Shown here in pieces: positions 20,662-29,813 of a DNA stretch of 64,000 nucleotides; the stretch's first letter is position 1, and every line of letters starts with the position of its first letter. Origin of the DNA: Acidimicrobiia bacterium. Lineage in GTDB: Bacteria; Actinomycetota; Acidimicrobiia; Spongiisociales; ZC4RG35. Where the stretch lies: positions 6,438-70,437 of the forward strand of contig BPGJ01000005.1 of NCBI GenBank assembly GCA_026002975.1, read 5' to 3'. Position numbers and translations under genes: made by a program. The notes under the pieces are model-generated. The model had not been told where the DNA came from. It did not search any database and saw only the letters and a list, made by a program, of their open reading frames with translations.

Positions 20662-21918
20662 ATGTTCGCTCCAGCCGAGAGGGAGTCCTACCTGGAGGGT
20701 TCCGAACCCGGGCCCGAACTCGCCACGGCCCTGGCCGAGATCGACCTCGAAAGCCTGTCGGGGGCGGAGCTGGTGGCCATCCTGCGTGCCCAGGACCGGA
20801 TGGTGTCCTACTACCAGGCGATGCGAGCCAGGACCATGGTCGCGATCCTGGATGCCTACCGGACCGAGGTGGGCCTCGACGACGAGGAGTACACGTGGAG
20901 GTCGGCCGCCGCCGAGGTCGGCGCCGCCCTGCATCTGACCCGCCGAACCTCCGACCGCGAACTGGACGAGGCTCTTCAGCTGATCGAACGCTTGCCCGAG
21001 GTGGGTGAGGCCCTCGCTTCCGGCCTGATCGACCGGCGCCGCGCCATGGTGCTGGTCGGCGAGACTCGTCACCTCCCGAAGTCGGTCGCTCGCGGCCTGG
21101 TAGCGAGCCTCCTGGACGAGGCGGGGGGGCTGACCGCCGGGCAGCTCGCCGCCCGGATACGGAGGCTGATCCTCGAAACAGATCCCGACGCGGCCTACCG
21201 TCGAGTCTCAGAAGCCGTGAATGAACGCCGGGTCGTCTGCGAGCCGACCGACGACGGAGCCGCCAACCTCCTGATACTCGATTCTGAACCCCACCTGGTC
21301 CACGCCGCTCGGGAGAGGATCGGTCGCCTCGCCCGCAACCTGAAGACCGGTGACGACCCTCGGAGCATCGACCAGATCCGAGCCGACGTGGCCCTACATC
21401 TCCTCTGCGACGGGGAGACCGACCTGACCCGAGAGACGGGGGTCGGGTCGGGGGGTCGGGTCGAACTGGTGGTGGACCTGACCACCCTGGCGGGTCTCGA
21501 CGACTCGCCGGCCGAGCTGTCGGGATTCGGCCCGGTCGTCGCGGAGATCGCCCGGAGGGTCGCCTCCCAGATCCGCCGGTGGGACTTCTCGGTGACGGAC
21601 GCCCACCATGGCCACGTAGTCGCCACCGGAGTCGTCCGACGGCGACCCACCTCCGCCCACGCCCGTCGGGTCAGGACACGCGACCGAACCTGCGTGTTCC
21701 CCGGCTGTCGCATGCCCGCCATCGATTGTGACCTCGACCATCGCCGACCGTTTGCTCATGGTGGCCCGACCTGTCCCTGCAATCTGGTTCCGCTCTGCAG
21801 GTTCCACCACACGCTGCGCCACCGGGCGGGCTGGACCAATCGACGAGAACCGGACGGCACCCAAGTCTGGACCAGCCCGCTAGGGAGGACGTACCTGCGA
21901 CGGCCCAGGGCGCCCTAG
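20662..21918 (+). CDS. DUF222 domain protein with C-terminal HNH endonuclease motif (REP13E12-like family)
   Basis: C-terminal CVFPGCRMPAIDCDLDHRRPFAHGGPTCPCNLVPLCRFHHTLRH (HNH, two Cys pairs). N-terminal 300 aa helical DUF222-like region. Confidence 0.8.
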   Translation: MFAPAERESYLEGSEPGPELATALAEIDLESLSGAELVAILRAQDRMVSYYQAMRARTMVAILDAYRTEVGLDDEEYTWRSAAAEVGAALHLTRRTSDRELDEALQLIERLPEVGEALASGLIDRRRAMVLVGETRHLPKSVARGLVASLLDEAGGLTAGQLAARIRRLILETDPDAAYRRVSEAVNERRVVCEPTDDGAANLLILDSEPHLVHAARERIGRLARNLKTGDDPRSIDQIRADVALHLLCDGETDLTRETGVGSGGRVELVVDLTTLAGLDDSPAELSGFGPVVAEIARRVASQIRRWDFSVTDAHHGHVVATGVVRRRPTSAHARRVRTRDRTCVFPGCRMPAIDCDLDHRRPFAHGGPTCPCNLVPLCRFHHTLRHRAGWTNRREPDGTQVWTSPLGRTYLRRPRAP

Positions 21919-21936
21919 AGCCGACAACGGACGGGT

Positions 21937-23673
21937 TCAGCGGATGATGGCGATCACGTCACCCTGAGCGACGGTGTCCCCGGGCTGCACCCGAAGATCC
22001 ACCACCTCTCCCCCCGACGGCGCTCTGACCTCGTTCTCCATCTTCATGGCCTCCAGGACGCAGATCGGGTCTCCGGTCCGCACCGAATCGCCCGCCTCGA
22101 CGTGGACCTTCACGATCGTGCCCTGCATCGGAGCGGTGATGATCCCGTCGGCGGCCGTCGGTCCCGGCGCCTTTTCGAGTCGAGGCCGCCTCCGCCTCGC
22201 CACCCCGCCACCGACCGCCGGAGCCGGTGCCCAGAAAGCCACCTGGAACCTGCGGCCTCCGATCTCGACGGTCATCGACCGGCGAACCAGCTCCTCCTCA
22301 GAGGGGAGGGTCTCCGACGGCACCGGCTCGCTGCTCCGCAACTCCACCTCGTCTTCCAGCCACTTCGTGTAATGCCGGTTGGCCGCGAAGGCGGCATGGT
22401 CGAGGACCTGCAGATGGGCCGGGATGGTGGTGGCCACCCCGTGGACCACGTACTCCTTCAAGGCGCGGCGGCCCCGACGGATGGCTTCGTCGCGGTCCCT
22501 TCCCCACACGACCAGTTTGGCCATCAGATTGTCGTAGTACTGGCTGATCTTGGTGCCCGGACGGATCCAACCGTCCACCCGGACCCCGAACCCGGCCGGT
22601 TCCCGGTATTCGCTCACCGTGCCGGGTGTGGGCATGAACCCTCTGAAGGGGTCCTCGGCGTTGATCCGGAACTCGATCGCGTGACCCCTCGGCTCGACCC
22701 GGTCGACCGAGAGCGGTTCCCCCGCCGCGACCCTGAGCTGCTCAGCCACCAGGTCGAGCCCCGTGACCATCTCGGTGACCGTGTGTTCCACCTGGAGGCG
22801 GGTGTTCATCTCCAGGAAGTAGAAGTTCCTGTCCTCGTCCATGAGGAACTCGACCGTTCCCGCGTTGCGGTATCCGCAAGCCCGTGCCACGGCCAGCGCC
22901 GCCTCACCGAAACGCCGCCGGGTCTCTTCGTCCATCATCGGTGAGGGTGTTTCCTCGATCAGTTTCTGGTGGCGCCTCTGGACGGAGCAGTCCCGCTCGC
23001 CTAGGAACAGCTCGTTGCCGTGGTCGTCGACGATTATCTGGGCTTCCACGTGGCGGGGCCGGTCTATGTACTTCTCGACGTACACCTCCGGGTTTCCGAA
23101 GTAGGCGTCTGCCTCCCGGCGGGCCCCGTCGAAAGCCGACTCGACTTCGTCTGGGGTGTGGACCACCCGGAGTCCCTTGCCTCCTCCACCGTGCGCGGCC
23201 TTGATTGCGATCGGGTAGCCGTACTCCTCGGCGATCCGCTTCACCGCCTCGGCCGAGTCCAGAGGGTCGACCGTTCCGGGCACCATCGGCGCTCCCGCCT
23301 TCTCGGCGGCTCGCCGCGACGAGATCTTGTCGCCCATGACCGCGATCGCCTCGGGTGGGGGACCCACCCAGACGATGCCCGCCTCGATCACCCTCCGCGC
23401 GAAGGTGGCGTTCTCGGAGAGGAACCCGTACCCCGGATGGATCGCCTCCGCCCTGGCTTCCTTGGCCACCTCGAGGATGCGATCGATGTTCAGGTATGAC
23501 TCGGCGGCAGGGGCCGGACCGATGTTCCAGGCCTCATCGGCCAACTCCACGTGGAGGGCATCCCGATCCAGCTCCGAATACACCGCGATGGTCCGAAGAC
23601 CCAACTCTTGGGCGGTGCGGATCACCCGGACCGCGATCTCGCCCCTGTTCGCCACCAGCAACGACGAGAACAT
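21937..23673 (-). CDS. acetyl/propionyl-CoA carboxylase alpha subunit (biotin carboxylase + biotin carboxyl carrier domain)
   Basis: MFSSLLVANRGEIAVRVIRTA...ATP-grasp...C-terminal biotinylation motif EAMKMENEV. Start set to internal ATG 23673. Confidence 0.9.
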   Translation of the reverse strand: MFSSLLVANRGEIAVRVIRTAQELGLRTIAVYSELDRDALHVELADEAWNIGPAPAAESYLNIDRILEVAKEARAEAIHPGYGFLSENATFARRVIEAGIVWVGPPPEAIAVMGDKISSRRAAEKAGAPMVPGTVDPLDSAEAVKRIAEEYGYPIAIKAAHGGGGKGLRVVHTPDEVESAFDGARREADAYFGNPEVYVEKYIDRPRHVEAQIIVDDHGNELFLGERDCSVQRRHQKLIEETPSPMMDEETRRRFGEAALAVARACGYRNAGTVEFLMDEDRNFYFLEMNTRLQVEHTVTEMVTGLDLVAEQLRVAAGEPLSVDRVEPRGHAIEFRINAEDPFRGFMPTPGTVSEYREPAGFGVRVDGWIRPGTKISQYYDNLMAKLVVWGRDRDEAIRRGRRALKEYVVHGVATTIPAHLQVLDHAAFAANRHYTKWLEDEVELRSSEPVPSETLPSEEELVRRSMTVEIGGRRFQVAFWAPAPAVGGGVARRRRPRLEKAPGPTAADGIITAPMQGTIVKVHVEAGDSVRTGDPICVLEAMKMENEVRAPSGGEVVDLRVQPGDTVAQGDVIAIIR

Positions 23674-23759
23674 GGCGGCGATGCTAAAAGGATCCGCACC
23701 AACGTGCCCGCTTCCGGGTTCCGGTAGCACATCGAGGAGGGTCGTGCGAGTTACTACCC

Positions 23760-24284
23760 GTGAGCGTTGAACCGGCTGCCGCCGACGAGCCGATCCTCCG
23801 CCAAGGGGACAGCTTCGAGGAGTTCTACCGTAGGGAACGCAGGCCGCTCATCGGCCTGGCCTATGTGCTGTCGGGAAGTTCCCGAGCAGCCGAAGACTTG
23901 GCCCAGGAGGCGTTTCTGGCCGCCTTGCGGCGTTGGGACGAGGTGTCGAAGCTCGACGACCCCGGGGCGTGGATCCGCCGGGTTCTGTCCAATCGGGCCG
24001 TGTCCCACTTCCGCCGCTCGGTGGCCGAAGCCAAGGCCTTGGCGAGGCTCGTGGTAGGCCGCCCGAATCCGCAGGTGGAGATCCCCGAGCCGAGCAGGCA
24101 CGTGTGGAAGGCGGTGAGATCTCTACCCCGGCGGCAGGCTCAGGCCGTGGCGCTCTATTACCTGGAGGACCTGACCATCGAGCAGGTGGCGGCCGTGCTG
24201 GGGTGCAGCAAATCCGCCGCCAACACCCATCTGAGGAGGGCGCGGGCCAGGCTGGCCCGGCTCCTCGGAGAGGAGAGATCATGA
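23760..24284 (+). CDS. ECF-type RNA polymerase sigma-70 factor
   Basis: Sigma region 2 AQEAFLAALRRWDEV...WIRRVLSNRAV. Sigma region 4 LPRRQAQAVALYYLEDLTIEQVAAVLGCSKSAANTHLRRARARL. GTG start. Confidence 0.85.
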   Translation: MSVEPAAADEPILRQGDSFEEFYRRERRPLIGLAYVLSGSSRAAEDLAQEAFLAALRRWDEVSKLDDPGAWIRRVLSNRAVSHFRRSVAEAKALARLVVGRPNPQVEIPEPSRHVWKAVRSLPRRQAQAVALYYLEDLTIEQVAAVLGCSKSAANTHLRRARARLARLLGEERS

Positions 24285-25369
24285 TCGACGATCGACTTCG
24301 TTCCGCCGCAGAAGACGTGAGGGAGGCGGTTCGGGCACTGCCCGGCGTTCCCCCGCCCACCCGCCGCCCGGTACGGAGATGGGTGCTCGCCCTCGGAGTG
24401 GCGGTGGCGAGCATCGTGGTGGTCGGGTTGCCCCTCCTGCTCGGTCCCGGGGTTCCCTCTCAGGTGGGTCCGGCGAGCGCTCCCACCACCGCCGAGCCAC
24501 CGGTCGAACCGGGCCCGGTGGTGGCCCCGGAGTCGTTCTTGGTCGTGTCCGAGACCACGCTGGGGATCTCCCGTGGGGAAGACACGGCTTCCTTCCCGGG
24601 CTGGGAGCATCTGGTCGCCGGGGCGGAGGGTGTCGCCGGCGTCGAAGTGGGACCCGACGGCTATATCGGATACGTGGGTGTGATCACGGGAACCAACACC
24701 CCAGGCACCGTGTACCAACTGGACCTGGTGTCGGGAGGCCTCCGAGAACTCACCGGCGGACTCTGGCCGGCAGTGAGTCCCGACGGTGACGCCTTGGCGG
24801 TGGTCGTGCCGACCGCAGTCGGGGGGGAGGTGCACCCCAACTCGGAGGACGTCCTGGTGATCGACCTGGATGCCGGCACCGTCCATCGGATCTCGGCGCC
24901 GGCCGTGGAACCCGAACTCATCTTCCTGGTTCGTTCCCTCGGCTGGATCGACGACCGCACGCTGGCGTTCGAAACGGTCCTCGAGGACGGCTCCGAGGTG
25001 TGGATCGTCGACGTCGACGCCGACGCCCTCACCGATGGAACACGCCTGGAGGCCCCCCAAGGGGCGGCTTGGGCACGGCCCGCACCCAAGGGAGGCCGGT
25101 TGGCGGTGGTGGAGCAGACCGGCGGCCTGGATCCCGCCATCGACCCGACCGAATTCACCCTGGTCGAGGTCGACCCGTCGAGCGGCGAGCGGCTGACGGT
25201 CCTCACGGCGCTTCCCGGCCGCCCATATCAGCTCGACTTCGACCCTCCGGGACGTCACGGCCTGATCGTTCTGGAGGACGGTCGTGGCGGCTTCGACCTG
25301 TGGCACTGGGACGGCCTCAGCTTGAACGGTCCGCTTCCAGTAGAAGGTGTCCTGGACGCAGCCTGGTGA
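24281..25369 (+). CDS. putative anti-sigma factor: single-pass membrane protein with extracytoplasmic beta-propeller-like domain
   Basis: ATGA overlap with the sigma gene. Short cytoplasmic N-terminus, one transmembrane helix (WVLALGVAVASIVVVGLPLLL), then about 290 aa of beta-rich repeats (TolB/WD40-like: VYQLDLVSGGLRELTGGLWPAVSPDGDALAVVV...). The anti-sigma role is inferred from position only. Confidence 0.5.
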   Translation: MIDDRLRSAAEDVREAVRALPGVPPPTRRPVRRWVLALGVAVASIVVVGLPLLLGPGVPSQVGPASAPTTAEPPVEPGPVVAPESFLVVSETTLGISRGEDTASFPGWEHLVAGAEGVAGVEVGPDGYIGYVGVITGTNTPGTVYQLDLVSGGLRELTGGLWPAVSPDGDALAVVVPTAVGGEVHPNSEDVLVIDLDAGTVHRISAPAVEPELIFLVRSLGWIDDRTLAFETVLEDGSEVWIVDVDADALTDGTRLEAPQGAAWARPAPKGGRLAVVEQTGGLDPAIDPTEFTLVEVDPSSGERLTVLTALPGRPYQLDFDPPGRHGLIVLEDGRGGFDLWHWDGLSLNGPLPVEGVLDAAW

Positions 25370-25372
25370 CCG

Positions 25373-26923
25373 TCAGAGAGGGATGTTTCCGTGTTTGCGA
25401 GGCGCCAGGGTCTCCCGCTTGGTCCGGAACGCCCGCAGCGCCCTTATCAGCTTCACACGGGTCTCCCGGGGTTCGATCACCTCGTCCACCAGCCCCAACT
25501 CGGCCGCCTTGTACGGGTTGTTGAACTCGGCTTCGTACTGTTCGATCAGCTCCCGCCTCTTGGCCTCGGGGTCGTCGGCCGCAGCGATCTCCCGACGGAA
25601 TATCACGTTGACGGCACCCTGGGCGCCCATCACCGCGATCTCGGCCGACGGCCACGCATAGACCAGGTCGGCCCGGATGCCCCGGGCGTTCATCACCAGA
25701 TAGGCACCCCCGTAGGCCTTGCGGGTGATCACGGTGAGGCGGGGGACGGTCGCCTCGCAGAACGCGTAGAGGAGCTTCGCTCCGTGCCGGATGATGCCGC
25801 CGTGTTCCTGACCCACCCCCGGTAGGAAGCCCGGCACGTCCACGAAGGTGACGAGGGGGATGTTGAAGGCGTCGCAGAACCGGACGAACCGGGCCGCCTT
25901 CTCCGACGCCGCGATGTCCAGGGTTCCGGCCAGCACCGAAGGCTGGTTGGCGACGATCCCCACCGAATGACCGTCCAGCCGGGCGAACCCCACCACGATG
26001 TTCTGGGCCCAGTGTTCGTGGACCTGGAAGAACTCGCCGTCGTCGACCACCAGCTCCACGAGACGGACCATGTCATAGGGCTGGGTCGACGAGTCGGGGA
26101 TGATCCGGTCCAGCTCGTCCTCCACCCGGTCGGGCGAATCGGTGGGGGCGAAGTAGGGAGGAAGCTCCATGTTGTTCTGCGGCAGGAACGACAGGAGATA
26201 CCGGACCGCCTCCATCGCCTCGGCCCCGTCGTGGGTCACGAAGTGGGTGACTCCCGACCTGGTGGCATGGGTCATCGCCCCGCCCAACTCTTCGAAGGTG
26301 ACTTCCTCGCCGGTGACCGCCTTGATGACGTCGGGGCCGGTGATGAACATGTGCGAGGTTCCCTCCACCTGGAAGACGAAGTCGGTGATGGCGGGTGAGT
26401 ACACCGCCCCGCCTGCACATGGGCCCATGATCACCGAGATCTGGGGGATCACCCCAGACGCCCTCACGTTGCGTTCGAAGATCCGCCCGTAGCCGTCCAA
26501 CGCGGCGACGCCCTCCTGGATGCGGGCTCCACCAGAGTCTTTCAGTCCGATCACCGGGGCTCCCACGTTCATGGCCATGTCCATGATCTTGCAGATCTTG
26601 TCGGCCACCGCCCTTCCCAGACTCCCCCCGAACACGGTGAAGTCCTCGGCGAACACGAACACGGTCCGGCCGTCGATGGTCCCGTATCCGGTGACCACCG
26701 CGTCACCTGGGGGGCGCTTCTCTTCGATGCCGAAGCCTCGCGCCTGATGGCGGACCATCATGTCGATCTCCTGGAACGAGCCCTTGTCCAGCAACAGGTC
26801 GATCCGCTCCCGCGCGGTCAGCTTGCCCGCTTCGTGTTGGCGCGCCACCGCCCGGGTGCTACCCGCGTGGAGCGCCTCCTCTTTGAGTTTCCTGAGCTGC
26901 TCGATCCGGTCGGCCGTGCCCAC
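25373..26923 (-). CDS. acyl-CoA carboxylase carboxyltransferase beta subunit (propionyl-CoA carboxylase PccB/AccD5-like)
   Basis: 516 aa. Full-length match to the PccB family (TARERIDLLLDKGSFQEIDMMVRH..., GGSLGRAVADKI, PQISVIMGPCAGGAVYSPAITDF). GTG start at 26923 preceded by GGAGGG. Confidence 0.9.
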   Translation of the reverse strand: MGTADRIEQLRKLKEEALHAGSTRAVARQHEAGKLTARERIDLLLDKGSFQEIDMMVRHQARGFGIEEKRPPGDAVVTGYGTIDGRTVFVFAEDFTVFGGSLGRAVADKICKIMDMAMNVGAPVIGLKDSGGARIQEGVAALDGYGRIFERNVRASGVIPQISVIMGPCAGGAVYSPAITDFVFQVEGTSHMFITGPDVIKAVTGEEVTFEELGGAMTHATRSGVTHFVTHDGAEAMEAVRYLLSFLPQNNMELPPYFAPTDSPDRVEDELDRIIPDSSTQPYDMVRLVELVVDDGEFFQVHEHWAQNIVVGFARLDGHSVGIVANQPSVLAGTLDIAASEKAARFVRFCDAFNIPLVTFVDVPGFLPGVGQEHGGIIRHGAKLLYAFCEATVPRLTVITRKAYGGAYLVMNARGIRADLVYAWPSAEIAVMGAQGAVNVIFRREIAAADDPEAKRRELIEQYEAEFNNPYKAAELGLVDEVIEPRETRVKLIRALRAFRTKRETLAPRKHGNIPL

Positions 26924-26948
26924 CTTCCCTCCTACTCTGTCAAAGGGG

Positions 26949-27635
26949 ATGGATACACCCTATTCGGTACTCGCCCTGGAAGAGACCGACTCCACCCAGG
27001 ACGACGCTCGTTCGTATTTCCGGGACCGGCCGATCCTGGTAGTGGCGGGAAGACAGAGACGGGGGAGGGGCCGAAGCGAGGCGCCCTGGTGGAACGCGCC
27101 ACGGGCGGTCGCCGCCTCGTTGGCCTTCCGTCCGCATTGGCCGGAGTCTCGGCTGCCCCTGTTGTCGTTGTTGGCCGGAGTGGGGGCCTCCCGGACGGTG
27201 GGCTGTGACCTGAAATGGCCCAACGACCTCTGGATCGGCCGCAAGGTGGGGGGATTGCTGGTCGAAGTGTCGGGCGGGGTGGCGGTATGTGGCATGGGCC
27301 TCAACCTGTGGTGGCCCGACCCTCCTCCCGGGGTGGGAGCCCTCTACGAGGCCGATCCCGGTCCGAGCCGTGGGCTGGAGGTCGCCCGGGCATGGGCGGA
27401 CGAGCTCCTGGCCTTGGCGTCGCTGGGACCCGACCGCTGGCCCCGCGACGAGTACCGTCGCCGCTGCGTGACCCTCGGTCGCCGCATCCGATGGGAACCC
27501 GACGGGGAAGGAACCGCCCGGGACGTCGACCCCGACGGCGGGCTGGTGGTGGAGACCGAATCCGGACCAGTCACCCTGCGTGGCGGAACGGTCCGCCACG
27601 TCAGGCAGGTGGATCAGCCCAGCTCCTCCAGCTGA
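26949..27635 (+). CDS. birA: biotin--[acetyl-CoA-carboxylase] ligase, class I (no HTH domain)
   Basis: MDTPYSVLALEETDSTQDDARSY...GRQRRGRGRSEAPWWNAPRA...DLKWPNDLWIGRKVGGLLVE (BPL_LplA_LipB catalytic core and the KWPND motif). 228 aa. Confidence 0.85.
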   Translation: MDTPYSVLALEETDSTQDDARSYFRDRPILVVAGRQRRGRGRSEAPWWNAPRAVAASLAFRPHWPESRLPLLSLLAGVGASRTVGCDLKWPNDLWIGRKVGGLLVEVSGGVAVCGMGLNLWWPDPPPGVGALYEADPGPSRGLEVARAWADELLALASLGPDRWPRDEYRRRCVTLGRRIRWEPDGEGTARDVDPDGGLVVETESGPVTLRGGTVRHVRQVDQPSSSS

Positions 27636-28363
27636 GGTGGGGGAAGCACGGCCTGGAAGAACTCGGCGATCCGCAGGATGGCGTCCTCCGCGGCTCCCGG
27701 ATGGAAGTCGGGTCCCACTTCGTCCATGAACCCGTGGCCGGCTCCAGCGTACAGGAGGAACTGACCGGCCGGGGTCGTCTCCTGGGCCAGGTCGACCGTC
27801 TCCGAAGGGACCAGATCGTCGTCGGCTCCGTACAGACCCAGCACCGGCACCGCCAGCCGGCCGAGGATCTGCACCATTTGGTTCTCCCGGTCTTCGTCAC
27901 CGACGATGGGGGTCGATACGAGAACCAACCCTCCTACCCACGGGCGGCGACTCGCCACGATCGCCGCGAACCGGCCTCCGACGTCCAGTCCCATGACCCC
28001 GACCTTGGAGGTGTGGGCCCAATCGATGTCGTCCGACGACAGGAACTGATAGGCCTCGTCGAGCGTCCACGTCCCGGCCCGATCGTCCACCGCTGCGTAG
28101 GCTGCCAGCGGGTCGTCCCCCGGTCCGGGACGAGTGGGGTAGAAGTCCACCGCCACCACCGCCAGACCCAGGCGGGCGAGACGGCGAGCCACGTACTTCT
28201 CGTGGGCCGTGATCCCGTTGATGTCCGGACTCAGGATGATGGTCGGGAACCGCCCCTCCTTGTCGGGACGGGCGATGTAGCCGTTCCGATATCCGGCTCC
28301 CACCGGAATCGGCCACGGGCCGTACATGATCGTGTATGTGCCCTCGTGGGGTAGTACCGCCAC
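27614..28363 (-). CDS. dienelactone hydrolase family alpha/beta hydrolase
   Basis: 249 aa. DLH-family layout with GxDxG nucleophile elbow (VGVMGLDVGG) and C-terminal GAGHGF. Confidence 0.75.
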   Translation of the reverse strand: MAVLPHEGTYTIMYGPWPIPVGAGYRNGYIARPDKEGRFPTIILSPDINGITAHEKYVARRLARLGLAVVAVDFYPTRPGPGDDPLAAYAAVDDRAGTWTLDEAYQFLSSDDIDWAHTSKVGVMGLDVGGRFAAIVASRRPWVGGLVLVSTPIVGDEDRENQMVQILGRLAVPVLGLYGADDDLVPSETVDLAQETTPAGQFLLYAGAGHGFMDEVGPDFHPGAAEDAILRIAEFFQAVLPPPQLEELG

Positions 28364-28413
28364 CTCGACTGCTCCGTCGTCTGGGCGGGAGAGGCTAGCC
28401 GAACCGATCCGGG

Positions 28414-29769
28414 TTGCCTTCGGAACCCTGGTACCCTCGCCGCACGTCTCACACGAACATGTCGAGTTCGAAACCCTCCCCCAAGCGGAAGCCGACGCGC
28501 GGGCGAACCTGGCGTCGAATCGTGATCGGCGTGCTCCTCGCAGCCAACCTCGCGGTCCTCTTCCTGTATTGGAGGCTCAAATCGTTGGAGGACGTGATCC
28601 AGACCACCGCCTCCACCGTGGAGGACGTGGTCCCCTCCCTCACTCCTCGCAACAGCAACGACGTGTCCGGAGAACCCGTCACCTTTCTCCTCATCGGCTC
28701 CGACAGTCGAGAACGCCTCGACGACCTCACCAACTTCGGCCAGGCGGGCGGCCAACGGGCCGACGTCATCATGCTGGTCAAGATCTACCCGGCCGACGAC
28801 CGGGCCCAGATACTCAGCATTCCCCGGGACCTGTGGGTGGAGATCCCCGGCCGGGGCGAGAACCGGATCAACGCCGCCTACGCGTTCGGGGGCGCCGCTC
28901 TCATGGTGGACACCGTCAAGGCAGAGACCGGACTGCCCGTCAACCACTACGTGGAGGTCGACTTCCTCGGTTTCAAAGCCATCGTCGACCAGCTCGGCGG
29001 CGTGGTGATCGACTTTCCCTACCCGGCTCGGGACCCCAAGTCGGGTTTGGACGTGGAGGCCGGTCCTCAACTCCTCGATGGCGACCAGGCCCTGGCCTAC
29101 GCCCGCTCCCGCAGCTACCAGGAGTACAGGGACGGACGCTGGGTCTCGGTGGACGCCTCCGACATCGGACGGACTCGTCGCCAGCAGGCCCTGATCTTCG
29201 CCATCCTCAGACGGATGGCCCGACCGACCACCGTCCTCGAAGCCGGATCGGTGGTCGAGGCCTTCGCGTCACACCTGGTCATTGACTCCTTGTTGGCCAA
29301 GTCATCTCTGGTCGAGTTGGCCTTCTCGATGCGGGGTGTGTCACCGGAACGGATCGAGACCGCCACCCTACCCACCGTCCCCACCACCATCGCCGGGGCT
29401 TCTGTCCTGCTGCGGGACGAACCCGCCGCCACCGAGATGCTCACTGCGTTCTCCCAGGGTCGACCCCTGTCCACCATCGAACGTGACCAATTGACCGTGG
29501 ACGTCTTCAACGGCAACGGGGTCGAGGGGAGCGCCGGTCGGTGGGCCGACGAGCTACGCACCGCCGGCTACGAGATCCGGAAGGTCGCCGACGCCGAGCG
29601 GAGCGACTATCCGACCACCGCGGTGATCGTACGGCCCTCGGACATGGCGATCGGAGTCGACGTGGTCGGGGTGCTCGGCTTCGGTGAGGTGGAGGCGGGC
29701 ACGCTCGATTCCGGCGTCGACGTGGTGGTGATCCTCGGGGCCGACGCCGAGACCCAGGCGCGGAACTGA
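28414..29769 (+). CDS. LytR-CpsA-Psr (LCP) family cell-wall glycopolymer ligase with C-terminal LytR_C domain
   Basis: Basic N-terminus, one transmembrane helix, LCP catalytic domain (FLLIGSDSRE...RADVIMLVKIYP...ILSIPRDLWVEIPG...NRINAAYAFGG). The start may be the ATG at 28459. Confidence 0.85.
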   Translation: MPSEPWYPRRTSHTNMSSSKPSPKRKPTRGRTWRRIVIGVLLAANLAVLFLYWRLKSLEDVIQTTASTVEDVVPSLTPRNSNDVSGEPVTFLLIGSDSRERLDDLTNFGQAGGQRADVIMLVKIYPADDRAQILSIPRDLWVEIPGRGENRINAAYAFGGAALMVDTVKAETGLPVNHYVEVDFLGFKAIVDQLGGVVIDFPYPARDPKSGLDVEAGPQLLDGDQALAYARSRSYQEYRDGRWVSVDASDIGRTRRQQALIFAILRRMARPTTVLEAGSVVEAFASHLVIDSLLAKSSLVELAFSMRGVSPERIETATLPTVPTTIAGASVLLRDEPAATEMLTAFSQGRPLSTIERDQLTVDVFNGNGVEGSAGRWADELRTAGYEIRKVADAERSDYPTTAVIVRPSDMAIGVDVVGVLGFGEVEAGTLDSGVDVVVILGADAETQARN

Positions 29770-29813
29770 ACTCAGGCCGGTGTCGAGCCGGTATCGTTCC
29801 GGGCCGAGGTCAT

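Noticed and set aside
23674-23759. ECF-type autoregulatory promoter (GGAAC...CGTT) upstream of the sigma gene
   Set aside because: Only GGTTCC is present. No convincing -35/-10 pair with 16-17 nt spacing was found.
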